Made by a program: the position numbers and the translations under genes. From contig CAZXCK010000002.1 in assembly GCA_964639225.1 (NCBI GenBank), forward strand, positions 5,507 through 69,506: a DNA stretch of 64,000 bases, written 5' to 3'. Shown here in pieces: positions 47,612-57,230 of this stretch. Under the pieces are notes generated by a model, which was not told where the DNA came from, did no database searches, and saw only the letters and a program-made list of their open reading frames with translations. Position 1 is the stretch's first letter. Each line of letters opens with the position of its first letter. Origin of the DNA: an uncultured Anaerolineaceae bacterium. Its GTDB lineage: Bacteria > Chloroflexota > Anaerolineae > Aggregatilineales > Phototrophicaceae.

Positions 47612-48571
47612 CTAGGCCCTGGCATCGGCCACTATCAGATCCGTGTCACCTTTCAAAAGCGGAATTTCGCCTTTTTCCCACGAGACCAGCAGCGGCACGG
47701 CTGTAAAAATCGACGAAAACTGACCGGATAGTAGCCCCACGAGCAAAACTGCGATAAACTGTCTAAGGGTTTCGCCGCCAAACAGGAGAATCGCAACCAG
47801 GACGAAATTCACGTTAAGCTGCGTCGCCAGCGAACGATGGATCGTCTCCCACAGGCTGCGGTTGACAATTGCCTCATAGGGTTCGCCAATGTGTTTGGGG
47901 ATGTTTTCCCGGATGCGGTCGAACACAATGATTGAATCCTGCACCGAAAAGCCGACGATAGTCAGGATCGCCGTCAGGAACAACGCGTCGATCTCCCAAC
48001 CAAACAACAACCCCATCAACGAAGCAAAAGTCATCACAACCAGTAAGTCGTGGGCCATCGCCACAATCGCACACACGCCATAGCGCACCGCTTTAGGCAC
48101 CTGACGAAATGCCAGGACGATAAACCCTGTGATAATAACAGCCGCCACCATGGTTGCCAGCAGCGCCGCACGGGTAACTTCCTCACCCACAGTCTCAGAC
48201 ACACGCTCAATGCGCAGGCTGTCGGTATCTACAGGTGCCAGTGTGTCCAACTCCCGGATGATCGCTTCGACCGCCTGCTGATCTTCCAGAAAACGACCAC
48301 GTACTGACCATCGGTAATCATCCGGTTCGCCCAGACGCTGGATAATGACGCCGTCATCGCCCTGTTCTGCAAAGACCTGCCGAATACCTTCTTCGGTCGC
48401 GCCAGGTTCAGTGAAACGCAGATCGTAAATGCTGCCACCCATGAAGTCGATGCTCAAACGGAATGCGCTGCCTGTCGAAATGGCGGAGTACAGCATAATC
48501 AGCAGGCCTGTACTGATAATCACACCCGACACCATGAAATACCAGCGCCGCTTTTGTACAAGATTAAACAT
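47612..48571 (-). CDS. secF: Protein translocase subunit SecF
   Basis: About six TM segments, DSIIVFDRIREN, and a position downstream of secD. Confidence 0.9.
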   Translation of the reverse strand: MFNLVQKRRWYFMVSGVIISTGLLIMLYSAISTGSAFRLSIDFMGGSIYDLRFTEPGATEEGIRQVFAEQGDDGVIIQRLGEPDDYRWSVRGRFLEDQQAVEAIIRELDTLAPVDTDSLRIERVSETVGEEVTRAALLATMVAAVIITGFIVLAFRQVPKAVRYGVCAIVAMAHDLLVVMTFASLMGLLFGWEIDALFLTAILTIVGFSVQDSIIVFDRIRENIPKHIGEPYEAIVNRSLWETIHRSLATQLNVNFVLVAILLFGGETLRQFIAVLLVGLLSGQFSSIFTAVPLLVSWEKGEIPLLKGDTDLIVADARA

Positions 48572-48591
48572 GGTCGCATGTACCCTTCAGA

Positions 48592-50094
48592 CTAAACGCC
48601 CAACAGCCACTTCCGCTGCTCGACTTTCTGATAATTGCCCAGGATAAAGATATACAGAAATGTGCGTGTGACCAGTACCGCCGTAAACAGGTTGAGTATC
48701 AACCCCACTGCCAGCGTCAGCGCAAAGCCGCTGACAATGCTGGCACCCGGCGTCTGCCCAAACAGAAACAGAATACCGCAAATCAGAATGGTCGAGATAT
48801 TCGAGTCTCGAATCGATGACCAGGCACGTTCAAAGCCAGCATCCAGCGAATCTGAGATCGATCTTCCAGCGCGTAGTTCTTCTTTGAAACGCTCGAAAAT
48901 CAGGATGTTACCGTCCACAGCCGAACCGATAGAAATCAGAAAACCCGTGATCGCCGGGAGCGTCAACGTGATTGGTATCAACTTGAACAACGCCAGATTA
49001 AGCAGAATGAACACCGCCAGCGCAAAACCTGCCATCAAACCTGGCAAACGATAATAGATCAGCATAAACGAGAAAACCACCAGCACCCCGACAAAGCCCG
49101 CCCGCAGGCTGAGTTCCACCGACTCCTGGCCCAGTGTAGCCCCCACCTGCTCAGCGGTCTCCACGCGCAGCGGGATAGCCAGCGACCCCGAACGAAGTTG
49201 CAGCGCGAGCTGCTTGGCTTCTTCCTCGGAAAACTGTCCGGTGATCACACCACCGGTATCCAGACGGGCTTCGATTGTCGGGGCTGACAAGACTTCACCA
49301 TCCAGCACAATCGCCAGCGGTTCGCCAATACGCGCCCCTGTGAACGGCCCGAAAATCTCCCCACCCTCACTGGTCAGGTCAAAGCGAATCAGCCAGTTGC
49401 GCCCGTCAAACTCAGCCACCGCCGCCTGCAGACCAGCACCTGTCATGACAGTCTGGAACGGCTGACCGTCAACCGGATTGCGCAGCCGATCGGCTTCCAG
49501 CGCAGCGATTTCAGCCTCGGCGCGGGCTGCCGCTTCTTCGCCCTGTTCTGCCGCGGTTACCAGTCGCTGCTGATTGATCTCCGCCTGCTGCGAGGTGAGA
49601 ATCTGACGGCCAACATACTCACCGCCGCGACCAGCCAGCCCGCCAAAATCGACGAACTCCAGCAGTGCTGTCTGCTGAATGGTGGCAATCGCCTGTTCGG
49701 GATCGGTCACACCGGGCAGTTCAACCAGAATACGACTGTCTCCCTGTACCTGCACCGTCGCCTCAGACAAGCCCAGCGCGTTTACGCGGCGATCCACACT
49801 GTTAGCGGTCTCACTCAACTCTTCGACTGTAAAAGCGTCGGACGGCAGTTCGGCCTGCAGCAGCACGCGAAGACCGCCAACAATATCCAACCCCTGACTG
49901 AATTCAAACGATGGCTCAAAACCAGAGCAATCGATCTCAGGGTTGAGCCGCTGTTCTTCCAGACATTGAACCAGCCGATTTTCGTCACCGCCACGCAGCA
50001 AAAAATCGGGTTTAGGGGTATTCGGTAAAGCAATCCAGATCGCGCCAATTGCAAGCATTAACACGATAGCAAACCAGCGATAATGGGTACTCAT
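48592..50094 (-). CDS. secD: Protein translocase subunit SecD
   Basis: GLDIVGGLRVLLQ, a periplasmic domain, and a C-terminal six-TM bundle with DGNILIFERFKEE. The ATG at 50094 was chosen. Confidence 0.9.
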   Translation of the reverse strand: MSTHYRWFAIVLMLAIGAIWIALPNTPKPDFLLRGGDENRLVQCLEEQRLNPEIDCSGFEPSFEFSQGLDIVGGLRVLLQAELPSDAFTVEELSETANSVDRRVNALGLSEATVQVQGDSRILVELPGVTDPEQAIATIQQTALLEFVDFGGLAGRGGEYVGRQILTSQQAEINQQRLVTAAEQGEEAAARAEAEIAALEADRLRNPVDGQPFQTVMTGAGLQAAVAEFDGRNWLIRFDLTSEGGEIFGPFTGARIGEPLAIVLDGEVLSAPTIEARLDTGGVITGQFSEEEAKQLALQLRSGSLAIPLRVETAEQVGATLGQESVELSLRAGFVGVLVVFSFMLIYYRLPGLMAGFALAVFILLNLALFKLIPITLTLPAITGFLISIGSAVDGNILIFERFKEELRAGRSISDSLDAGFERAWSSIRDSNISTILICGILFLFGQTPGASIVSGFALTLAVGLILNLFTAVLVTRTFLYIFILGNYQKVEQRKWLLGV

Positions 50095-50169
50095 GGGCGA
50101 AAAGCACCTTCCCTGACAACGATCAAATGATGTCCTCAACAAATGTGCCCCATCCTGGAAGGGGCACAA

Positions 50170-50499
50170 TTACTGCTGTGTCTCTGTTACGTTTTCTTCA
50201 AGGCCCATACGGGCGTTGCGGGCGATCTCCTCAGCATCATAAGGCTGCATCAACGCCGCTGTAATGAGGCGGATAACCACGCCATCAGCGATTTCAACGA
50301 ATGCAATCCCCTGCTCGGCATCAATATCGATAACCTTGCCAATAACACCGCCATAGGTAATGACTTCATCACCGCGCATCAACGAACGAGCAAACCGTTG
50401 GCGTTTCTGAAAATCTCGCTGCTTGGGAAAAACAACCAGTGACCACCACGCCCCCAGTGCCAGCAGCAGAATAAACGCCAACAAGGCAAATTCCTGCAT
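50170..50499 (-). CDS. yajC: Preprotein translocase subunit YajC
   Basis: A single TM followed by GDEVITYGGVIGKVIDID, the YajC signature. ATG at 50499. Confidence 0.8.
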   Translation of the reverse strand: MQEFALLAFILLLALGAWWSLVVFPKQRDFQKRQRFARSLMRGDEVITYGGVIGKVIDIDAEQGIAFVEIADGVVIRLITAALMQPYDAEEIARNARMGLEENVTETQQ

Positions 50500-50561
50500 A
50501 CAGTAAACCTCCGGGTCCATCAAACTGACAACCGAAAAAGCAACCGCTGCCACGACTCTGC

Positions 50562-50590
50562 TTGACCAGCCGACCGATTGCTCCTAAAAT
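50562..50590 (+). promoter_or_regulatory. Candidate promoter for the secreted-protein gene
   Basis: TTGACC (50562-50567), 17-nt spacer, TAAAAT (50585-50590). Confidence 0.35.
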
Positions 50591-50667
50591 ATGAGGCGCA
50601 TTATACATGATTGGCGGCTCCAATAGGATAGTCGCTTGTGTATTTGATCGCAGACAGGAAACAGGCA

Positions 50668-51795
50668 ATGTCAATTCATCTTAAACGAATGTTGGTTATC
50701 AGTATGGCATTGCTGCTTCTGGCAGTGCCGGTCTGGGCACAGGACACCGAAGACACCACCGAGATTACCCTGAGCAATAACAGTGGCACAGGCACGAGTA
50801 CCTGGTTCATCACCGGAGAACCTTCTCTGATTATGAACGGCTTCGATCTCAGCCCGCTAAACGTCAACCTGCCGGTTTCTATCAGCAGTGTGAGCATCGA
50901 CGTCGAGCGTGCGACACCTGGCCAGCCTGTCCAGTTGGTCATCTACCAGGACCCGGGCGGGGGTTCACCGGTTGATGCGACCCTGGTGCAGCAGACACAG
51001 GTAGACATCCAACAGTCGGGGCTTTTTACATATACGTTCCCCGAACCGGTGGAGATCACGGCACCAGTGGTCTGGGTCGGTTTCTACATGCCGGTAGACT
51101 TTGAATTCCGGGCCGACACATCAGGCTCGTCAGTACTCACTTACTGGGCCTGGCAGCCCGGTGGCACATTCGACCTGAGCAATCTGGAATCGGCGGCTGT
51201 TTTCGGTCCGGCAGATGGAAGCGCGCCCGTGAATCTGGATATGGACGGCATCGCCCGCATCACAGCACAGATCATCACCGATGGCAGCGGCGACGTGCCA
51301 TCGACAACTGGCCCCACCACAGGTAGTGTCCCATCAATTGACGACGGCGTGCCACGTGATGACCAGGGGCGTCCGATCCGACCGCTGGTTGGAGACCCGT
51401 CCAGCGTCAACATCGGTGTAATGGTTGGTTACTCGCCAGTCTGCACCGATCTCTATTATGATCGAGAAGATGTCATCGTCACCTATCGCAGCAATCTGGC
51501 CATGCACTGTAACCTGGACCGGCCAGAGTTCCAGCCACCCAGCCCAGACGGGTTCTCACGGCGTGGCGTGGTCTATAACATATACACCTTCGGCGCCACG
51601 CAACAGGAAGCCCTCCCCGACGCCGTGACTCACTGCCTGCGTCCGCCGTCGTCCGATATTGACCGGGCGCTGGTCGGTGTGGCTTACGGTGTTCCGCGCC
51701 AGTGGGAGATTCTGCCAACCGTTCGTTTCGGTGAGCTGATCTGCGCGGAAATCGAGTATGCCGGGGTGATTTCGTATTTTGTGCCCCAGAGTTAA
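50668..51795 (+). CDS. Secreted hypothetical protein
   Basis: Signal peptide MSIHLKRMLVISMALLLLAVPVWAQD. I recognise no motif in the remainder. Confidence 0.6.
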   Translation: MSIHLKRMLVISMALLLLAVPVWAQDTEDTTEITLSNNSGTGTSTWFITGEPSLIMNGFDLSPLNVNLPVSISSVSIDVERATPGQPVQLVIYQDPGGGSPVDATLVQQTQVDIQQSGLFTYTFPEPVEITAPVVWVGFYMPVDFEFRADTSGSSVLTYWAWQPGGTFDLSNLESAAVFGPADGSAPVNLDMDGIARITAQIITDGSGDVPSTTGPTTGSVPSIDDGVPRDDQGRPIRPLVGDPSSVNIGVMVGYSPVCTDLYYDREDVIVTYRSNLAMHCNLDRPEFQPPSPDGFSRRGVVYNIYTFGATQQEALPDAVTHCLRPPSSDIDRALVGVAYGVPRQWEILPTVRFGELICAEIEYAGVISYFVPQS

Positions 51796-51867
51796 CGCTG
51801 TTGGTTTGAAGCGTTATAATGAACTGATCTGCAAACCGGCCCGGCGAAGGCTGTTTCGCCGGGTTAT

Positions 51868-52689
51868 ATGACCAATAATCGAGAATCGGAAATCAGAGCA
51901 AACACAATGCGGATTGTCACCAACGAAACCCTTGTCAAACGGAATCGCAGAACTGCGACCTATCTCTTTTTCGCCAGCCTCACTATTCTGGGTGTGGGCT
52001 TCTTCGTCGCCAACGGACAGATTCTGGGCCTGATGGACCCGGAAGAAATGGACCCGCTGCTTTACTCACTGATTATGCCAGCCGTGCTCCTGCTCGGCTT
52101 TCTGGCAACGATCATCTCAGTCCGCATGACCAACCTGTGGATTCGTATGCCACGCCCGGAGAAAGCGATACAGGAAGGGCTGAAAGGTCTCAGCGGCAAA
52201 AGCGCCCTGTACAACTACTATCACTTTCCGGCGCGCCACGTGCTGATTGCGCCGCAGGGAGTGTTTGCCATCATCACCCGCTATCAGGATGGCCGGTTCA
52301 CCGTCAAGGGCGACAAGTGGAAGCAGCATCGCTCCCCCATTGGACGCATCTTCTCGATCTTCCGTATGGACGGTATTGGCAACCCTACTCAGGAAGCCAT
52401 AGACGCGGCCCGTTACATTCGTTATATCACCGAGGATTATGACCCTAATCTGGAGATCCAGCCGCTAATCGTGTTTGTGGACCCACGCGCCCAGATCGAA
52501 ATCGAAGACCCGACCGTGCCGGTGCTCCACACCGACCCCAAGAAGGAACCCAATCTGAAGAACTTCCTGCGTGATCGCAAAAAAGCCGAAGATATGCGCG
52601 GTCCCGATAACATCGAGGAGTTCATTCAGGAGTTCGAACTCGCCACTCTTGAGTTCGACAGCAATGCAGCCCAACAACAGCAGGCCTGA
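51868..52689 (+). CDS. Membrane protein with a NERD-like (nuclease-related) domain
   Basis: Two N-terminal TM helices, then ALYNYYHFPARHVLIAPQGVFAIITRYQDGRFTVKGDKW, which resembles the NERD core. The assignment is tentative. Confidence 0.5.
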   Translation: MTNNRESEIRANTMRIVTNETLVKRNRRTATYLFFASLTILGVGFFVANGQILGLMDPEEMDPLLYSLIMPAVLLLGFLATIISVRMTNLWIRMPRPEKAIQEGLKGLSGKSALYNYYHFPARHVLIAPQGVFAIITRYQDGRFTVKGDKWKQHRSPIGRIFSIFRMDGIGNPTQEAIDAARYIRYITEDYDPNLEIQPLIVFVDPRAQIEIEDPTVPVLHTDPKKEPNLKNFLRDRKKAEDMRGPDNIEEFIQEFELATLEFDSNAAQQQQA

Positions 52690-52694
52690 TAAAA

Positions 52695-52734
52695 AAGAGA
52701 GCGCAGCCCACGATTATCCCTGCTGTGCTCTCTT
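52695..52734. terminator. Bidirectional terminator between convergent genes
   Basis: AAGAGAGCGCAGC (52695-52707) pairs with GCTGTGCTCTCTT (52722-52734) with one G-U pair. A-run upstream and T-rich downstream. Confidence 0.55.
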
Positions 52735-52760
52735 TTCTCTAGCTCCCACCGGCTCTGCGA

Positions 52761-53858
52761 TCAACCAAGTTGAGACAGGCGCTCCTGCCATTTCTTGACC
52801 AGTTGGTTATAAACATTTTCAGAGATTTGCCCCATCGCCAGTTTCATATCCAGCCCATCGATCAAAGCCTGGATGTCCTCTTTGGTCTGCGGGTTAGTGG
52901 GCGCCGCTGCCGGTGCAGGCGCTGGCGGCTGGTTTTGCTGCATCATCTGCTGCATCATTTGTTGCATCATCTGCTGCTGCTGCATCATCTGCTGCTGCAA
53001 CGCGGATACATCGGCACTCTGCTGCTGGCCCAGTGCAGCGCCGACCTGCTGGCCAACACCCAGACCTACACCTGCCGCAGCCAGTCCACCGCCCAGACCT
53101 TCATTCTGGGCCGCCGCCATACCAATATCCAGGCGTTTCTGGCGCTCCAGAACCTCAAGCCACACTTCCAGCGGAACAATATCACGCAGTTCCTCAATGG
53201 GCACATTGACCGTATCAAATGGGTTCGCTTCAAAAGCGTTAATCCGCAGGCCGAGTTGAAGGAACTTATCGTTGACCTGTACCAGCATCGCCCCTTCGAT
53301 CTCGTCCAGAACGGCATTGGCTTCCATGATGTCCTGCGCGCCAGACTTCAGCATCAGGTTGTTGATTTCACCCAATAGCATCGTCTGAATACGATTTTTG
53401 ATATCACTCAACCGGGTGACATCGCGATTCATCGCGTAATGCATCACAAACATCATCGGGTCGGCGACCTGCATACCCAGCACGCCATGCGTGCGCAGCA
53501 GCATCACCCCCAGGCCGGCGCTTGTACGCAGATATATGGGCTTGGATGTCCCCCACCCAACCTGCGGCATCATACGCAGATTGACGAAATACAGGTCGGC
53601 AGTAAACGGTGTACGACCACCAGTCACCAACCCCACCAGCGAAGCCAGCCCCGGAATATTCGCCACAGACAGCGTATGCCGCCCCGGACCCAGCACATCC
53701 AGGGCCTTACCCCCGCGAACAAACACCGCCGCCTGTGCTTCGTTGACGATGACCTGCGACCCCATACGCCAGTCACCGTTGCCGCCTGGCGGCGCTCGAT
53801 AAGCCAGTTCTTCTTCGGCAACCTGGGTATGGCTGATAACATCAATAATGCGCGCCAT
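52761..53858 (-). CDS. SPFH/Band-7 protein of the YdjI (COG4260) type with a Gln/Met-rich linker and a SHOCT-like C-terminus
   Basis: The N-terminal pattern GSQVIVNEAQAAVFVRGGKALDVLGPGRHTL...TPFTADLYFVNL is like YdjI-type SPFH proteins. The low-complexity stretch is QQQMMQQQQMMQQMMQQMMQQNQ. The C-terminal segment is LIDGLDMKLAMGQISENVYNQLVKKWQERL. Confidence 0.7.
   Translation of the reverse strand: MARIIDVISHTQVAEEELAYRAPPGGNGDWRMGSQVIVNEAQAAVFVRGGKALDVLGPGRHTLSVANIPGLASLVGLVTGGRTPFTADLYFVNLRMMPQVGWGTSKPIYLRTSAGLGVMLLRTHGVLGMQVADPMMFVMHYAMNRDVTRLSDIKNRIQTMLLGEINNLMLKSGAQDIMEANAVLDEIEGAMLVQVNDKFLQLGLRINAFEANPFDTVNVPIEELRDIVPLEVWLEVLERQKRLDIGMAAAQNEGLGGGLAAAGVGLGVGQQVGAALGQQQSADVSALQQQMMQQQQMMQQMMQQMMQQNQPPAPAPAAAPTNPQTKEDIQALIDGLDMKLAMGQISENVYNQLVKKWQERLSQLG
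52938..53000. repeat. Imperfect tandem ~12-nt repeat (CTGCTGCATCAT-like) encoding the Q/M-rich linker
   Basis: ctgcatcat ctgctgcatcat ttgttgcatcat ctgctgctgctgcatcat ctgctgctgcaa, read directly from the sequence. Confidence 0.7.
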
Positions 53859-53892
53859 GAAATTCGCTCCTTTTACAAAAATCGTAGAATGG

Positions 53893-54426
53893 CTAAATGC
53901 GGCTGCTCAGGTCTGTTAACACATCTTGGCGCAGGTCATAAGCGGCGATTGCCTCCGCCACCACTTCGTTCAGGTTGAAGATTGCAGCTTCTACACCTTC
54001 CCGGTTTATCACCGCCTCCTGCAGACGATCCAGCGCCAGATCGATTTTATCCACATACACGATCTGCGCCTCGTCGAAAGCATAGAGCTTATCCAGTTCC
54101 TCCGGGCCGATTTTCATCTGCGCCCACATGCCCGTGTAACCCGGTGCGGCAGTCTTGATCTTGTCATGGAAAAGCTGAATGTTCGCTTTCACATCGCGCG
54201 TCTGGGACAAATTAGCCGTCCCCAGTGTATCGAGAATCAGTTTCTCAATGCGCACCAGACGATCGATCCGCTGCTGAATCTGGGCGGCAATATAATCGCG
54301 CAGCATTGAGTCCGCAGTGCGGCGCGCTGTTTTATCCTGGTAGCCTCTGAAACCAGGAATACGAGCGACGAGACGTTCCAGCGATCCACGCTGGCTGACA
54401 ATTTGATTGTACAGATCAGATGCCAT
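53893..54426 (-). CDS. Hypothetical 177-aa, probably all-helical, protein
   Basis: No TM segment and no motif I recognise. It lies between the Zn-ribbon membrane protein gene and the SPFH gene on the same strand. Confidence 0.55.
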   Translation of the reverse strand: MASDLYNQIVSQRGSLERLVARIPGFRGYQDKTARRTADSMLRDYIAAQIQQRIDRLVRIEKLILDTLGTANLSQTRDVKANIQLFHDKIKTAAPGYTGMWAQMKIGPEELDKLYAFDEAQIVYVDKIDLALDRLQEAVINREGVEAAIFNLNEVVAEAIAAYDLRQDVLTDLSSRI

Positions 54427-54508
54427 CGGCTTATCCTCACTATTGGGTGCATTACTGCGCCTATACTAAATTCGCATGCTCATTCAGATCGCCCCAAACA
54501 TCGGGGGA

Positions 54509-55030
54509 TCAGGTCAGGAAATACTCTGTACCACAATAGGGGCATACAACCACCCCCTTGCCCGCCAGTTCAATATCGCCACCACAGCGTTTACACCGGT
54601 CCAGGTCACGCAGTTGTCCGGCATCCGATGAGTAGAGTACACCATCATTCCAGTTTACATAGCCGCTGAAGACCTGCAAACCAACCAGTTGATGCACCAT
54701 CTCTTTCACGCTGTCCACGCTGACATTCATCTCCAGCGCGACCTCATGGACTCCAACCTGCCCACGACTGCTCACAATGTCCAGCAGACGCCGCTGATTG
54801 CGCATCACTGTTTCTTCCTGAGCTTCCTGTCCAGCCTTAGCAATCAGCAGCAGGCCAAACACAACCATGATCGCCACCGGGACAAACACAAAAAACGCAC
54901 CCAGCACAGCCCCACCAACACTGAACTCATCATCGGCTCCCGCCTGAATCGCCAGAAATAGGCCGGCAATTGCGGCAATGCCCAGGCCGACAACGATCAG
55001 ACTGATGCCAATCAAGCGTCCCCGATCCAT
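54509..55030 (-). CDS. Membrane protein: 2 TM + winged-helix-like segment + C-terminal zinc ribbon
   Basis: TM helices LIGISLIVVGLGIAAIAGLFLAI and AVLGAFFVFVPVAIMVVFGLLLIA. wHTH-like LLDIVSSRGQVGVHEVALEMNVSVDSVKEMVHQLVGLQVFSGYV. Zn ribbon CKRCGG...CPYCG. Confidence 0.6.
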   Translation of the reverse strand: MDRGRLIGISLIVVGLGIAAIAGLFLAIQAGADDEFSVGGAVLGAFFVFVPVAIMVVFGLLLIAKAGQEAQEETVMRNQRRLLDIVSSRGQVGVHEVALEMNVSVDSVKEMVHQLVGLQVFSGYVNWNDGVLYSSDAGQLRDLDRCKRCGGDIELAGKGVVVCPYCGTEYFLT

Positions 55031-55081
55031 TATGCTTTCATCTCCTTATGTGCCTTCCACACTGGCCAGAGCAGCGCCTGT

Positions 55082-57052
55082 TTATCTGAATCCACGACTG
55101 CCGCCACCGCTGCTGCCACCACCAAAACTACCGCCACCGCTAAAGCTGCGGCCACCACCGCCCCAGCTCCCACTGGAACCCGATGATTGTGGGCGGCTGG
55201 TTAGTGTGCGCGAAGCAGATTCCAGCATCTTAGTCATACCACTCGAGAGCGACTCCAGCCCGCCGGTGATGCCGCCTGCCATATTCTCCAGCGACAGGCC
55301 GCCCCCGCCAGCACGTGCCACATCACCCACGCCACCCCCCGACGATGGCAGCCCCATGCGCGTAGGTGGCGGCGAACCTGCCCGAAAGCTGCGGCCATAA
55401 CGATGCGTCGGATAATACCATACCGGCGCCGGCGTGGTGGGAATCTGAGCGAAGCGCCGTATCCACGAACGTTCAATACCAAAAGCCACAGCATACGGCA
55501 GGTAATCCTCGAAACGCTGCGTAACATCGTGCGCGATTGCATCGGCCTGCGTATACTTGTCGATATTGCGCAGGTACTCGCGGAAGGCGTTCCATTTGGC
55601 CGCCTCTTCGGCTCCAGCGCGGGTTTTGGCCGGCATGTGTGTCCCCACCGCCAGCAGTGCCAGACCGACGACACCCAGCGACATGGGCACACACACCAGC
55701 GCGCCGGTGAAGTCCTCAGCAATCCCCATTGCCCAGAAGCCAACGAAGATAGCCCCAACTCCCAGAACCGTACCAAAGCCCCGGTATTGATTGCGTGTCT
55801 TCTCTGGATGCTGTTTGATCAGTTGGCGCTTGACCAGCTCATCGTACAGATTGTTCTGAAGCTCCGGGATATGCCGGTAGAACTTGTTCTTGAGCGCGTC
55901 CATACTGCGCTCCTGACCGCCGCCAAACAGCCGGTCGATCAGTCGCTTCTCAAATGGCAGCAGATCGCTGGTCGCTTTATCGGTGCGTTTGAAAGTAAAC
56001 GAGTTGCTGGTCGTGCCAAACAGTCCTTTTTCCTGCTCTTCCTCGATGACCAGATATCCTCGCCTGCCGAGATCAATCACCGTAGATAGAATATCGCGCA
56101 TATCGGCGGTTTCATCGACCAGCGTACCGACCAGCGCCGGCGGCAGATCGTTTGGTGGTTCGCTCAGGTACTCCGGCACTGGCCCTACCTTCGGATCGCG
56201 CCCGCGTGTATACCACAGCCAGTAAACCCCCAGCGGACCGCCAATCGCCAGCACCAGCGACAGCAAAATCAACCCCACGTCGATGAGCGGTTTGACATTT
56301 TCTTCAAAGTCGCGGCGGGAGTCGAAATCCGCCTGCCAGCCCGTTACGCGCGCGTTCGGGTCGTGAGGATACTGAACGCGAATCTCCAATGATTGGTCGC
56401 CGACGATCCCACGCTGCGTTGTCGCTTTGACCGTTGTTCCATTGACCGTCACATCCGTTGGGGTGCCATATGTCATTACTGGGTCAATTCCCTCGCGCGG
56501 CGCGAAACCTGGAGGCAGTTCCACAGTAACCGTACTGCTATCCACCTGAAAACCAAATCTTTCGCCCGGAACCGCTGTCCACCACAGTTGATCACCACCC
56601 TCGTAGACTCGCAGCGCCCCGATGACTGTGTAAGCCAGTTCGAACGTCTGCCGGGCATTGGTCAATGGTTCGCGGAAGTTATACTCAAGCAGGATTTCCT
56701 CACCCTGACGCTCGGTGCAGAACGTACCGGCTGCGCTGGGGCACGACGACGCCCGTTGCAGAGCCTGCCCCCCCTCAAAAACCTGGATGTTTTCGATACG
56801 CTCCAGACGCACCAACTCAATAGTCGCTACGCCGGTGCGGAAGGTACCCTCAAACTGGATATCGTAAATCTCTCGTACATCAAAACGGTTTTCGACAGTG
56901 TCGATATTATCAATCACAACATCCCATTGCAGCCATCTCAGAGAACGAGTCTGAGCCTCGGCGGTATATCCCCAAAGCAGCGAAAACACCCCCAGCAACA
57001 ATACAATAACAGAGGCAATCCGTCGCATTTTTCGCCTTTCATCCACAGCCAC
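55082..57052 (-). CDS. DUF2207-like membrane protein with a Gly/Ser-rich C-terminal tail
   Basis: Signal/anchor, a ~230-aa extracytoplasmic N-domain, several TM helices, and the tail SGSSGSWGGGGRSFSGGGSFGGGSSGGGSRGFR typical of DUF2207 proteins. Confidence 0.65.
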   Translation of the reverse strand: MAVDERRKMRRIASVIVLLLGVFSLLWGYTAEAQTRSLRWLQWDVVIDNIDTVENRFDVREIYDIQFEGTFRTGVATIELVRLERIENIQVFEGGQALQRASSCPSAAGTFCTERQGEEILLEYNFREPLTNARQTFELAYTVIGALRVYEGGDQLWWTAVPGERFGFQVDSSTVTVELPPGFAPREGIDPVMTYGTPTDVTVNGTTVKATTQRGIVGDQSLEIRVQYPHDPNARVTGWQADFDSRRDFEENVKPLIDVGLILLSLVLAIGGPLGVYWLWYTRGRDPKVGPVPEYLSEPPNDLPPALVGTLVDETADMRDILSTVIDLGRRGYLVIEEEQEKGLFGTTSNSFTFKRTDKATSDLLPFEKRLIDRLFGGGQERSMDALKNKFYRHIPELQNNLYDELVKRQLIKQHPEKTRNQYRGFGTVLGVGAIFVGFWAMGIAEDFTGALVCVPMSLGVVGLALLAVGTHMPAKTRAGAEEAAKWNAFREYLRNIDKYTQADAIAHDVTQRFEDYLPYAVAFGIERSWIRRFAQIPTTPAPVWYYPTHRYGRSFRAGSPPPTRMGLPSSGGGVGDVARAGGGGLSLENMAGGITGGLESLSSGMTKMLESASRTLTSRPQSSGSSGSWGGGGRSFSGGGSFGGGSSGGGSRGFR

Positions 57053-57230
57053 ACCAATAGCAGCATGATTATATCACGTCACACAGCGTATCGACCTAAT
57101 TGCCAGCGTAAATTCCGACTAACTGTCGGTGATTATGTTCGCTTGAAACCCGAGGCGGCATAATTGCAGCATAACCAGTACAATACACGCATAGAGATTG
57201 TCGGCTATTTTTCAAAAAGGGGGCTTTTTC

